NCBI RefSeq assembly: GCF_023055435.1
Contig: NW_025963783.1
Location: forward strand, 620,001 to 684,000
Source: Haliotis rufescens
Lineage: Eukaryota
Direction: 5' to 3'
DNA length: 64,000 bases
This document shows positions 1-12,181 of the stretch, piece after piece (position 1 is the first letter of the stretch; each line of letters begins with the position of its first letter). A program made the translations under genes and the position numbers. Under the pieces are notes generated by a model that made no database searches, had not been told where the DNA came from, and saw nothing but the letters and a program-made list of their open reading frames with translations.

Positions 1-1050
1 CTTGGCCATCTTTTCAGGCTTCATTTCAGTTTTCACTCGCTCGATGTGTTTCTCAGTGGCGTCATCCAGTTGGTCCAGGAGTTGTCGTTCCTTCTTCTTT
101 ATGGCTTCTGTGACTGTCTGGATTATGGATCGGATCTGACACTGAACGGTGACTCTGTTCTTTATTACCTCAGTCCGTTTGGTTTCTAAATCTGTTAGCA
201 AACTGTCTGTTGCTTGTAAATGAGACGCTAGTCTTTCCTTAACTCCTGTAACACAGCTGATCAGTTCTGGCATAACGGATTCAAACGGTAAAATTGTGAT
301 ACAGGATCACTTTCTGTGATACAGGATGCAACAGGATTGACATTGCAGTTTCTTACAATCTTTGCAGTAGAACTGCATGCTTTGATCTGGATGTTGCTTA
401 CAGAATGGTTTGCGTCTTTGGTTGATTTTGACCTCTGTGGACAAGTCAGATTCGTCATGGTGACGAGTGGCAGGAATACGTCTGTGAGCCTTCTGGCATC
501 CCTCACAAAGACTGATGTCACAGTCAGCACACCAAGCAGTAGCTGGAGGTGCCGCTCCTTCATCACCACATAGGATGCACTTCGGGGTATCTGCAAGTAT
601 ACATACAAATGTGTCAGTTATTTTTCAACAATAGAACTATAATGTTACGAAATAACCTTTAACCTTTCAATGTGCATACAAGGAATTCACAAACCAGGGA
701 TATGAAGAACGTAGCAATGTTAGGATGAGTTCAGCACTGGTAGCCTATTCGGAAACACCTTTTGTCTTGGGATTAAATGAATCCAAGAGACCCTGAATCA
801 AAAAGCTGGGTTTCACCTCCTGTGCCCACTGTTCAACTGGCCTGAGTGAGTTGACTACTTTGGTCATCTTACGACAGAATGGACAGAGGAGAGACTTGGC
901 ACTGATGGCTTCTGGTCTGGTTTCAGTGTAGCTAACGACACATTTCCGACAAAATGTGTGATAACACACAAGTGTACAGGGGTCATCAAAGACGTCCATG
1001 CAGATGCTGCACGTCAAGAAGTTGTCTGTCAATTGTCGGTGCACTGTCAT
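1..1050 (-). pseudogene. TRIM-B1 (RING-B1-B2-CC-NHL family), premature stop after B-box2 (~191 aa); runs off the window start
   Basis: Exon 1050-759 encodes a C3HC4 RING (CSIC..C.H.FC..C..CPFC). GT-AG phase-1 intron 758-591. Exon 2 from 590 reads DTPKCILCGDEG..WCADCDISLCEGCQKAH (B-box1), then B-box2. An 11-nt insertion replacing 5 nt creates TGA at 309-307. Confidence 0.9.
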
Positions 1051-1314
1051 CTAAAATGTTAAGAGAGTAGATATGATACAACGATCTTTAAAGACATGAA
1101 GTAGTTTGTGCTCATGTTCCTCCGACACATGTTCATATTCCAATGCCTATCAATGACAACAATGCTGAACAAAATATAAAGGCGGTCAGTAAGTGAGAGC
1201 TCAGTTCGTGAGTTACAGTTTTGTGGATGAAAATATTAATGCCTGAAAATAGCTCTCATATCACAGTTCCCAAATAATCACTCCACAATACAAAGACAGA
1301 GTTATGTTTTGGAA

Positions 1315-1379
1315 CGCGTTATTGCGTTATTGAGCGAATCCCTTAAGGTGCACATGTGTGTCTATTGGATGCATGTGTA

Positions 1380-1459
<80 letters not shown>

Positions 1460-2010
1460 CACAGAGAGAGAGAATGGATCTGAATGTGTTTATGTATATA
1501 TGTGGCTGCTTGTACTTAATTCATGCCGGTTTCATAGTGCTAGCACACTGAGACACCATGCCGCATTTTACTATTAAAAGTGAGTGAGTGAGTTGGGTGT
1601 AACGTCACTTTTAACATTATTCCAGTTATATCAGGCGTGTCAGCTTAATGTGGGAGGAGAGCCCGAAGTCATGCAGGCCTTAGACGTTTACCACTTCGGT
1701 GAAACCCACGAGCATGGGTATGGTGCTGACAATCCCAGAAACATAATCGGGGCGAACCGGGATTCGAACCCACAATCATAGGTTTCTGACGTGCCCAAAG
1801 GACGCAACTGTGCACAGCGAATCACGGCGTCGTAGACGACTGGGCCACGCGTGCCCATTTAACATGAATACCACACTCCGACACAATATACTGACTCCAA
1901 GCCGACCAGTTCTTGTCTTAGCTCCTTAATGCCGAGGATGTGGCCAGGGATCAGACTAGACACCTTCTGCTGTCTGGGCAGTCGCTCTATCCACTAGACT
2001 ACGGAGACAG
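1315..2010 (-). mobile_element. Degraded tRNA-derived SINE (same family as 37030-37389) with a second SINE nested at ~1579-1857 and a (GT)n/(GA)n microsatellite at 1381-1472
   Basis: Pieces match the 37 kb SINE (tggctgcttgtact, gctagc.cactgagacaccatgccgca, ctgactcc..gccgaccagt, cgctctatccactagac). The nested element has a B-box-like ggattcgaacc and a (tgag)n tail. Repeated at ~11990-12720, ~40020-40856 and ~52615-53200. Confidence 0.7.
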
Positions 2011-2299
2011 TCTCAGTTGCTATGAAAACATAAACATGATTATTGAGATAATGTCATGAGAATAATATATGTACCTAGATATTGTCAATGAAAGGCACCT
2101 GTCATGGTTTGCAAGACAGTCAGATGTTTGTAATTGAAGTATTAATTGATACATGTTAACAAGAGCTGTAACCATGAACCTGATGGTGCAATTTCAGTCC
2201 TGTGTCACTAATAGTAATGTCAGAAAATGCTGTCCAATAGGAAGACAATGTACAATACAACACACAGAAATTATACCTCGACACAGAAACAAAGAAAAT

Positions 2300-2720
2300 A
2301 CCACTTCACTATGATGTAGCACCAGACAACATGCTTGCTCAGTAATCAAGAAAATACCTTTAGCTTCATCAGATGTCTCCTCTAACCATTCTTCTGGACT
2401 GACTGTCTGTCTCGGTATTGTAAGAGGCGGGGCTGTACACTGACACAGGCTGCTCATAAACGCTCTCACGCAGCTAGCTGGTCACCATATGTTGCAATAT
2501 CGATAGTAAATGCAGTATAACATTTGTATTGTGCATGTTTTTTGTATGACTGCACACATATTGCATCTGAGGCGATGTTTGGTGGGCGGAAGTGTTGTAA
2601 TATGTCGAGAATTCAATCAAACTGAGTATTTACAAGTTCAACTTTTGAGTTCATGCAAAAGATTCCATTTTGCGAAAGGGTTTAAATGCTTTACCAAATA
2701 TCCTGAAACAAAGGAATGCT
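2300..2720 (-). pseudogene. Degraded fragment resembling DUF6589-type (GDQLT-motif, probably transposon-derived) proteins
   Basis: Broken minus-strand translation FVSGYLVKHLNPFAKW..KYSV*LNSR..TLP..NMCAVIQ..IATYGDQLAA*ERL*AA..RQTVSPEEWLE. Motif order matches my recollection of the family; not verified by search. Also at ~13010-13470 and ~41150-41575. Confidence 0.4.
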
Positions 2721-3451
2721 AGTGGATGTTGAAGCACATGTTGTATCGTGTGAAGGTATGTATATTTCAATATTACAATTACTATAAGTTACAAACAGGG
2801 CCCATTCTCAGACATTAAGCTGATTAGCCGTTATATTGCTGAATTATTGTTCAAAGAGCAGTCAATAAAACTTAATGACGACATTATGATGTAGCTGCTT
2901 GTCTATCGGTTCAAATATTGATTTGTATTGTTCACGTCAGGTATCACGAGAATTGCAATATTTTTTATGACGTAATGTATTCTGGTGACCGAAAACATGA
3001 GTGTCGCTCATATCTCCTCATGCAGTTTCATAAAAAAACTCCTGCCATCAATAGTAAGCTCAAAGAGGGTACAATTATTGAAAGACATAGACGTGTTAAC
3101 AATTTACAAAAATGAACCCTTGTAAACCAAGGTGACCACAAGCTGCCTTTACATACTAGTACAACCCGTGTGGACGTGTATCACTTTCTGCATAGAGCAT
3201 TGTTTGGACGATGTGTTTGCATTGATTTAGTTTGAACTTGTGTTTTTAATTTATTGCAATTTCATTTATAAATTTGTAAAGTTTGTTTTGGCCGCAGGTT
3301 TATATCACTGTTTAGTGTAGAATAAATAACGTGTGGGGTGTAGTGTATACTGTATAGCGTGTATATAATGTGCTGGCGAGTTTTACCAAGTACAATGTCT
3401 ACAAGTTTTTCGTAATCCTAGTGTTTCAATGTCATCCTGTTTCACTGCAAG

Positions 3452-3580
3452 GGGCAACAGTACGTCACGCGCTTCCGGCGACCTGTGTCGACAAGTGGAG
3501 CAACTGTGACTCCTACCCTCACTCGTGTGCGCCAGTGTACAAAGACTGGGCGTCCGCCAACTGTGCCCGCTTCTGCGTCT
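3452..3580 (+). pseudogene. ShKT-domain terminal exon, cassette 1 (last Cys and stop deleted)
   Basis: CVDKWSNCDSYPHSCAPVYKDWASANCARFC followed by a 14-nt deletion relative to the other copies, so the frame reads on to 3672. Confidence 0.8.
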
Positions 3581-4723
3581 TGGAATCTGTACCGAGAAGA
3601 GGAGGGACGCATATAGTCTGCACTACGAAATTTTGTTGCTGTAAACACATATTAAATGACAATGTCAGATGACATCAACATACGTCGAATATATTGCCTC
3701 CAAACAAGGTTATTATTAGAGAGTGGGCCTTTCTCTTTACTAATCTAGCTGGTAAACCAGGGATACTGTCTCAGTTAGAGCCCACGGTAGCCTTTATGAG
3801 TTTCGGGTAATTGGCTTCAACAGATTTACATTGACCGCAGACACAGAGAAGATGAATTTGAAAGAATGTTTTCTCAATTAGATTTGTAACAGCTGATCTC
3901 CTTCGGTATCAAGATTGATGAACGTACGTTACACGCAGGACCAACATGGCTACAGAGGGGGAGGATGTTGTGGGATGGGGCTGGGTTGAGGCGTATTGGG
4001 AGTAGTTTGTGTGTTTGTAATGGATACCCGCATGCAGTGTAATGAAACCCAACCAGTCACTCCTTGTTTTATTCCCTAAACATCGAAAACAGGGAAACAA
4101 CAAGTGTTATCTTTTAACGTGTTGTGCTATGACGCTGCCAAAGGATCGAAAGCTCAAAAGTTAGCTGTGCAGAGTTGCTGTGCGGAATTCATGCTTTGCC
4201 TTGATTATGATGCTTTTGCTGCCCGCACCATGCCCGTGCCTGTAGTTTCCCAACCTGTTTAACTGAAACGCCTTTCAAAGTTTACCAAAACTCACTCGCT
4301 GAAAGACTTTAACAGCGCCTAATTAACAGTATTTGAGTTACATCACGTCGACAGAGTGTTTGTGGTCGGACTCGATGTAGTTAATAGACGTTTGCAACTT
4401 TGGTGAAACCCACGTGCACAGGTATGGTGCTGACAACCCTAGAAACAATCAGGGCGAATCCGTGATCCGAACTAACGACATCAGGCATGGTCTAAGGGAA
4501 GCAACTCTGCACAGTCTATTACGCGCCTTACACAACTGAGCTCCTAGTTGGGAACTGAGCCAAACTGAATGGAATCAAATATTCTTTACATTACTTTTGA
4601 CTCATGTGATTCATGCATAGGAAATGTAGGATGATCATATAGGAATCGAATAAGTCAATTCTTTCAAATAGTTCAATAAATTACAGATACACTGATAAAC
4701 AATAAATAGACGACAAACATCAG

Positions 4724-4945
4724 GAAAACGAAACACTGTTGTGGAGTATACACTGGACGCGTCCCTGTTTGTCAGTCGCTATCAGTGTTTCACCTGCAGT
4801 GACTAGGCTGGATACCAGTATGTGTGCATCAGACAACGCATATCAGTTGACCGACCCGCCCCTCGACACGCCAGGACACAGTCAACATGGCGTCAGGCAG
4901 ACTGGAAGAATGAGAGGTTAAAACCACTGACAATTAAAGGTAATG
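4724..4945. promoter_or_regulatory. Putative bidirectional promoter and 5' non-coding exons of the TRIM-B/TRIM-A pair
   Basis: GAAAACGAAAC (IRF-E/ISRE-like) at 4724-4734. Minus-strand donor CAG|GTGAAA at 4794/4793. GC box ccgcccc at ~4855. YY1-like aacatggcg at ~4884. Plus-strand donor AAG|GTAATG at 4939/4940. Both TRIM ATGs are immediately preceded by an AG acceptor. The block recurs at ~15577, ~28023, ~43284 and ~57066. Confidence 0.5.
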
Positions 4946-5209
4946 TAAGCATTGGCAACATGGAAGTTTGTTTGACGTCCCGTATATACTTGATCAGTGT
5001 GACATGCCACAGGTATATGGAAGGTGTAAAAATAGCTTCATACTTCCTGGTTGTACATGGTCGTATGGTCCCTGCGTGTGCTGTATTATAAGATTGAGTT
5101 ATAGTGTCAGCAATATCGATCCAGATCCATTGTCAAAACTTGTTATTATTTAAAGTAACAGATGAAAGTGTTATTTAAACTACACGAGTCCATCTATTCC
5201 TAGAATAGA

Positions 5210-5330
5210 AGGGCGGATCAAGCATTTCTGGGGAGGGGTCCAAAATATCCAAATCCTCGTTCAGATAAGTTTACTTAAAAGAAAGAGGAGGGGGACCCTG
5301 GACACCCCCACCCCTCCCTGGGTCAGCCAA
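5210..5330. mobile_element. Small MITE-like element
   Basis: Imperfect terminal inverted repeats gggcggatcaag ... ctgggtcagcc around G- and C-rich arms. Copies at ~16107, ~44013 and a partial copy at ~57634. Confidence 0.45.
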
Positions 5331-6044
5331 CAGAATCAAAGATTCTACTTTCGTTATGCAAATGTACTGGAATGAGTCATGTCCATATATAAGCATTTTA
5401 CGGACGTTTCAACATGATTGAGCTGGCGGTGGTTCATGCATCGGGTGTTACACAATACTGAAACTTGTCGTAAATTTGCGATGTCCTGAAACCAACCAAC
5501 CAACCAATCGGTCAACAAATCAATCAGTATGTTTTCATGATACGGATGAGGCCAAAGGCCGGGTTGTTACAAGTTCTCAGAGCATAACAAATGAACAAAT
5601 ATATTATGGATTCTGTGCAATATTTTGCAAAATTTGTTTACACGTCCATTGTGGTAAAACTAGTGATTTAGATACTATTTTCTGAACTAATTATACATTT
5701 TGACATCATATGTTGCAACTTGTAGTGCAAAATCTCTTAAAATATTTGCACAATGCCACTTTCAATAAAAAAATCACTTGAGCTATAACGAGTCCAGAAA
5801 AAGATAGCAAACTTATGTCAAATTACAATTAGAAGATCATTAATGGTCTACTATTAAAGTAGTCTTGAATATGCAGTTAGTTAGTGTCAGTGTAAGTGTA
5901 GTAATTTACTTTGTTGGAGCTGGACAAGTCATTACTTAAAATTATGATGATAAATCTTTCACTTCACCTCACCTGAAAATATGTAATTCACAAAATGGTC
6001 AAAATCTAAAATTGTTTGTTCATAAATATGTTTTACTATTACAG

Positions 6045-8458
6045 ATGGCGATGCACAAGACATTGACAAACAATTTACTGACTTGCAGCATCTGCATGGA
6101 CGTCTTTGATGACCCCTGTACACTTGTGTGTTATCACACCTTTTGTCGGAAATGTGTCGTTAGCTACACTGAAACCAGACCAGAAGCCATCAGTGCCAAG
6201 TCTCTCCTCTGTCCATTCTGTCGTAAGATGACCAAAGTAGCCAACTCAAACAGGCCAGTTGAAGAGTGGACACAGGAGGTGAAACCCAGCTTCTTGATTC
6301 AGGGTCTCATGGATTCCTTCGCTCCCTGCAGTCAAGGTATAAGTATACACCAGAGACCATGGTGGTTGGACTTCCACTCAATCCATATATTTTTAATTCA
6401 TCTTAAACACAGGCAACAGTATTTACCCATCTATGACAGACTCGTTTTTGTCCTAACATTACTTGAATATCTCTGTCATTTCTTTCAGTGGCACACTATT
6501 AGACCTGCAGTCAATCCTGTAACATATTTTCTCGTTTGCTTTTGAGACAAATTATTGATTTTCATGATGTTATTGACCTTGTCTAGTCACAATGACACTG
6601 TAATATTAACGCCTTTATTTTTGCATACGAACACAAAAATACATTTTTCAATTTTGTTGTTGTATTAAATTAATTTTGTAATTTTCAAGTTCATAGAATT
6701 ATATTTTTAGTGATATTCTAACATGTCTTCGCAAGAATGACTTTTAAGGTTTTTAAGACGAGTGCTGCTTGTAGGTTTTTTTATTACCAGTTGATACATG
6801 TAGGTATATTTTTTAACAGGTACTGTATTTTCTTTGTTGGAATTCCAAGATGAACCAACCTAAACGTGAAATGTGTACTTGATTATTCCAGTTATAGCAT
6901 CGCGTGTCAGTTTGATGAGTGTGGAAAACTTGATCCGATGTCAAATATCACTTTGGTGAAACCCATGAGCACAAGAATGGTACCGACATACCATGAAACA
7001 TAATGAAGGCGACTCTGGGATTTGAGGGATGCAGATGTGCAGATTTAGAAGACTGGGCCCCTCGTGCCCCTTAAATGGGTACTAAAGGAAAGGATAAATG
7101 TCTTTATAAAGATTATGCAAATAGGTGCTCTTATATTCATATTTCCTATTCATATGAAGCACTTTCTATATTTCTCTGTACACCACCTTAAATATTATCT
7201 ATGTCAGCATAATACATGTGTATATTTTTTTATCAGGAACAAATAACTGCAACTTATGTGATGAGGACGGGGAGACAACTCCAGCCAATGCTTGGTGCGT
7301 CGAATGTAATGTCTCGCTCTGTAATGGATGCCTGAAGGCACATAGACGTATCCCTGCCTCCCGTCACCATGACGTATCTGACTTGTCAAGGGATGTCAAG
7401 GTAAAGAAAAGACGCAAACCTATGTGTAAAGAACATCCAGATCAGAGGATTCAGTTCTACTGCAAGGACTGTAAGAAACTACAATGTCAATCTTGTTGCA
7501 TTTTACATCACAGAAAGTGTTAGTCCATTGTCTCGCTTGTATCTGTGTTGCCTGAAATGCAAAACACTCTTCAAACTGTGAAACAGAAACTAGAGTCTGA
7601 TTTAGCAACATCAAACACTCGCCTTGCAAAGAAGGAAGCACAATGTACTGAAATTAATGAGAACAAGTCAAGCCTTCAGTCTCAGGTCCGATCAGCAACC
7701 CACACCGCCATTGACTTGATAAAGAAGAAGGAAAGACAACTCCTGGAACAGATAGATGACGTGACAGAGAAACAAATAGGACAGATGAAAGGAGACATTA
7801 AGCGTGAGGAGATGGCCAGGCAGATGATTCGTCAACACTCGGAGTTGCTGGGCAGAGCTCTGGAGTCTGAGAGTGACGTGGACATCTGTGAGATGTATCT
7901 GTGGAGTGAGTCGGAAGAGGCAGCCACTGTGTGTGTCCCAGAGTCAGGTATGGAGGATGTATCTGGGGGCAAGGCTTGTTTCTTACATAATCGTTTTTTG
8001 ATGTGTGGGCCACTAAACGATCTACACTTGGGTGTGATTGATATCTTTGTTGAAGATGTTTTTGATTCTACATCTACAGCAGTTCTGTATGCCACAGTGG
8101 ACATACAGGCAGAAGATGATAAGAAGAAACCCAATGCTTATGACGTGGCAGTGGATTCGTACCTGGCAGAGTCCTCTGTCTGACTCCTCATGGGGATGTT
8201 GTGTTCACGTATCAGCCTAAACAACAGTGGCCTTTCTCTGGTGGAATCACTGAGACCAAAACAGGACATATCCTGGTTATAGATTGCAATGCAAAATGTG
8301 TGATTCAACTCAGCGCTTCTGGGACGTTTGTGAGGAAAGTGTTGACGTCACGTGATGGTATTACATCTCCGCATGGTCTCTACCTGTCTGAAAGTCAGCA
8401 CCTGTATGTCACCGATCGTGACTGTCTGAAGATCTACAGATTTACAAGAAACACCTAA
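6045..8458 (+). pseudogene. TRIM-A1; nonsense after B-box2 (~192 aa) plus a frameshifting deletion in the NHL domain
   Basis: Exons 6045-6336 and 7237-8458 (GT-AG, phase 1). GAG>TAG at 7521-7523. A 436-nt deletion (relative to A3) at microhomology ggcagtg, 8147-8153. Confidence 0.92.
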
Positions 8459-10323
8459 GATGTGGAAGCATATCGATTGTACCTGATAGAATCCGTCACC
8501 ATCTGAGTGACAATAGTTTATGTAAATATGAATTTCCAATACAAGAGAACAATCAGTCTAGACTGTCCGCCGAAACAGATACAAATTTGACGTGAAGTGC
8601 AAAATAGTTATGAAATTTATATGAATGGAACACTGATATTGAGTGATGACACCAGGTGTTCGCGAAAAGGGTAAGCATGTCCGGCCCTATCGGTAGCACT
8701 CGACAATCACACAATTTGCATGACAAAGGAAGTATTTGTCCCTGACGCGGCACAGATGTACTCGTAACGTGAGACGGCGGCCTGTAAACAAACCAGACAA
8801 TCAAGTGATCGATGAACCAGAATATCCATTGAAACGTTAGTGCATTAACTGATTTTGTTGAAACTAATCAAACCGATACGTTAATTTTAACCTACGAATT
8901 AAGTGCACTGATTCTGCTACTTAAAAGAAAGAAGAACGTTTAATAACATTTATGTGAGGCAGTGATTGGGGGATGCGCAGTTTTATTGTGCGCACGCCAG
9001 GTTTTCGCGATGTTGTGTCTGACATTGATGTGGAGCTGTGAGACATCGATGTGGTATATGTGAACAATGAATGCACAGAGCTGGAATTGTCACCCGTCAA
9101 ACAAATATTCCGTCACTGAATGTGCATGTATTACGTGTATATTTAAGTTAGCGGGGAGGGGAGGGGAGGGCGGATTTCGGGCAAGAGCAAAGGTCACCAA
9201 CAACGTGTGCCAGTTGTTGGAGGCGACTTAATGGATCAGGTGACCTGGTTGATTGTACGTCATCGTATCCCAAATACATGGATCGATGCTCATGATATCA
9301 ATCACTGGACTATCTGACCACACTGGATTAACTACAGCCCACCATCATATAGCTGGAATATTGCCGAGTGCTGCTACGAACAACAAACAAACAATTGGCG
9401 CACATGTTTTTGTGGCATGAAAGCGACTTCTGGAAAGTAAATCCTTGTTGCCTCGTGAAGTATATAATTATATATTTGTAAATACAATAGAACTCTGATA
9501 TATACACCTTTAACCACTTCCTGTCAGTTTAAGTGTATTTGTAAACATTTACTTGCATATCCAGGTGTTTACATTTCTGTCATAATAAAAGTGCAGTCAC
9601 TACCTTTGTACAGTTTGTCTTTCTTGTTTAAATGAATACATAACACACACCACACCACTATGGAACCCGTTCTACGAAGTGAACTTATGTTAAAAGATGT
9701 GAAAAGGGATCGTTTCAGCACTTGGTTTCTCCGTGGAACACGACGCATGTCTTTGTAACAAACATCAGTAAACGCTTTGTGATGTGAAGGGAGAAATGGT
9801 GGTTAAAATCTCATGTGACCCCGTTACTTACAAATACATATTGTTTTCATATATATTGATGCTGTTTTGTTCATTCATCCAAGGACAAGTTTAGAAAACA
9901 TGAGCGATCACAACACTGCCGACAAGCTTGTTAATTTACATATACTTATAATCCCATGAAACAGTCGTGAATGCCATGGTTATCTATCAGAAATATGGAA
10001 AATAGTTTACAGAAATACATCCGTTTCATCGACAGTATTAGTACCTCGCCAAGGCTCTGCACTCACTATATATCCATCACTATCCCCCATCAATATAACA
10101 TTCTCGTCCCATAATGCCGACCTTATAGTTCTGGCCCACTGAGATACCACGCCGCAGTATAACGTGGCTGCACACAGTCACATTTAACTGACACCGAGGC
10201 TGTCAGCCTTGTTTTATCACCTCAAAATAGTAATCGAATCACGCCAAAGCCAAAATATACAACACTATAAATACAATAGTTTTTATGCACATGTCAATAC
10301 AAAGGGGGACACAGCTTAACAAA

Positions 10324-11635
10324 AGGATGTCCACACAGGGAGGCGACCCGGATCCTGCTGTCAGGGTAGTCGGTTTCATGGCCGTCAGACCAAAGTACTT
10401 CTTCCTCGTTGAAATGTATGATTGGAGAATAAGGTCAGGGTTCACCTCAATCACTATTATCTCCCTTGTCTCGGGAAGGGTCACGGCCATGTGATGGGCA
10501 TTAAGTTTTGCAATCCGCCGAGGGGGGCTCTGAACAGAGAGCTTACTCTGACAGGGTTGAGTATTGCGTGTGTAGAAGGATTTGACGCACTTGTTATTAT
10601 CAGTTACAACTATGGTCTGTACCGCCTTCATTGAACACTGCCACGTCATAAACATGAGGTAAACTTGTCTCATCTTCTGTTTGTATGTCCACTGTGTCGT
10701 GCAGAACTGATGTCGATGTAGAATCAAACACATCTTCATATATGGTATCAATTTTACCCAAGCTCACCTCGTGTATATTGTTAGAGATATCTTCACAATC
10801 ATGCATAAAACATACTTTCTCTCTCAGTTCATATTTTATATCTGAATCTGGGTCGTATACGGTGGGAAACTGCTCTGACTCACACCACAGGTACATCTCA
10901 TAGATGTCCATTTGACTTCCAGTTGACATTGCAGTTTCTTACAATCTTTGCAGTAGAACTGCATGCTTTGATCTGGATGTTGCTTACAGAATGGTTTGCG
11001 TCTTTGGTTGATTTTGACCTCTGTGGACAAGTCAGATACGTCATGGTGACGAGTGGCAGGAATACGTCTGTGAGCCTTCTGGCATCCCTCACAAAGACTG
11101 ATGTCACAGTCAGCACACCAAGCAGTAGCTGGAGGTGCCGCTCCTTCATCACCACATAGGATGCACTTCGGGGTATCTGCAAGTATACATACAAATGTGT
11201 CAGTTATTTTTCAACAATAGAACTATAATATTACGAAATAACCTTTAACCTTTCAATGTACATACAAGGAATTCACAAACCAGGGATAGAAGAACGTAGC
11301 AATGCTAGGATGAGTTCAACACTGGTAGCCTATTCGGAAATACCTTTTGTCTTGGGATTAAATGAATCCAAGAGACTCTGAATCAAAAAGCTGGGTTTCA
11401 CCTCCTGTGCCCACTCTTCAACTGGCCTGTTTGAGTTGACTACTTTGGTCATCTTTCTACAGAATGGACAGAGGAGAGACTTGGCACTGATGGCTTCTGG
11501 TCTGGTTTCAGTGTAGCTAACGACACACTTCCGACAAAATGTGTGATAACATACCAGTGTACAGGGGTCATCAAAGACGTCCATGCAGATGCTGCACGTC
11601 AAGAAGTTGTCCGTCAATTGTCGGTGCACTGCCAT
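10324..11635 (-). pseudogene. TRIM-B2; several deletions
   Basis: RING exon 11635-11344 is intact; exon 2 starts at 11176. A 376-nt frameshifting deletion at ~10922, small deletions at ~10590-10617, and ~630 nt covering the C-terminal NHL blades and 3' flank deleted at ~10324. Confidence 0.92.
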
Positions 11636-12018
11636 CTAAAATGTTAAAATAAAAATATTGGCATTCTCAACTTAACATCATACACCTTTTCATCCATAAG
11701 AACCCATTTTTGTTTTTGAATGATATACGGGCAGTTTTATCAATAATGAACTCACAGAGAGTAGATATGATACAACGATCTTTAAAGACATGAAGTAGTT
11801 TTTGCTCATGTTCCTCCGACACATTTTCATGTTCCAATGCCTATCAATGACAACAATGCTGAACGACATATAAAGGCGGTCAGTAAGTGAGAGCTCAGTT
11901 CATGAGTTACAGTTTTGTGGATGAAAATATTAATGCTTCACAGTTCCCAAATAATCACTCCACAATACAAAGACAAAGTTATGTTTTGGAACGCGTAATT
12001 GGGTTATTGTTTGTCTAT

Positions 12019-12181
12019 NNNNNNNNNNNNNNNNNNNNNNNNNNNNNNNNNNNNNNNNNNNNNNNNNNNNNNNNNNNNNNNNNNNNNNNNNNNNNNNNNN
12101 NNNNNNNNNNNNNNNNNNNNNNNNNNNNNNNNNNNNNNNNNNNNNNNNNNNNNNNNNNNNNNNNNNNNNNNNNNNNNNNNN
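12019..12181. other. N-gap at the cassette microsatellite (also 24855-25073, 40095-40312, 52669-52864)
   Basis: All four N runs occupy the position of the (GT)n tract that is resolved in cassette 1. Confidence 0.9.

Noticed and set aside
261-608. Recurrent ORFs MYVYLQIPRSAS... and antisense MIQDATGL...
   Set aside because: Alternative-frame shadows of TRIM-B exon 2, conserved only because the copies are recent.
1584-1781. Repeated 65-aa ORF MSELGVT...
   Set aside because: Antisense of the nested SINE, with a GTG start.
6337-6545. Hydrophobic tail of the 177-aa RING ORFs (RING plus transmembrane isoform?)
   Set aside because: Read-through past a canonical GT donor into the intron; length varies between copies and the tail is lost in A3. 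An intron-retention isoform cannot be fully excluded.
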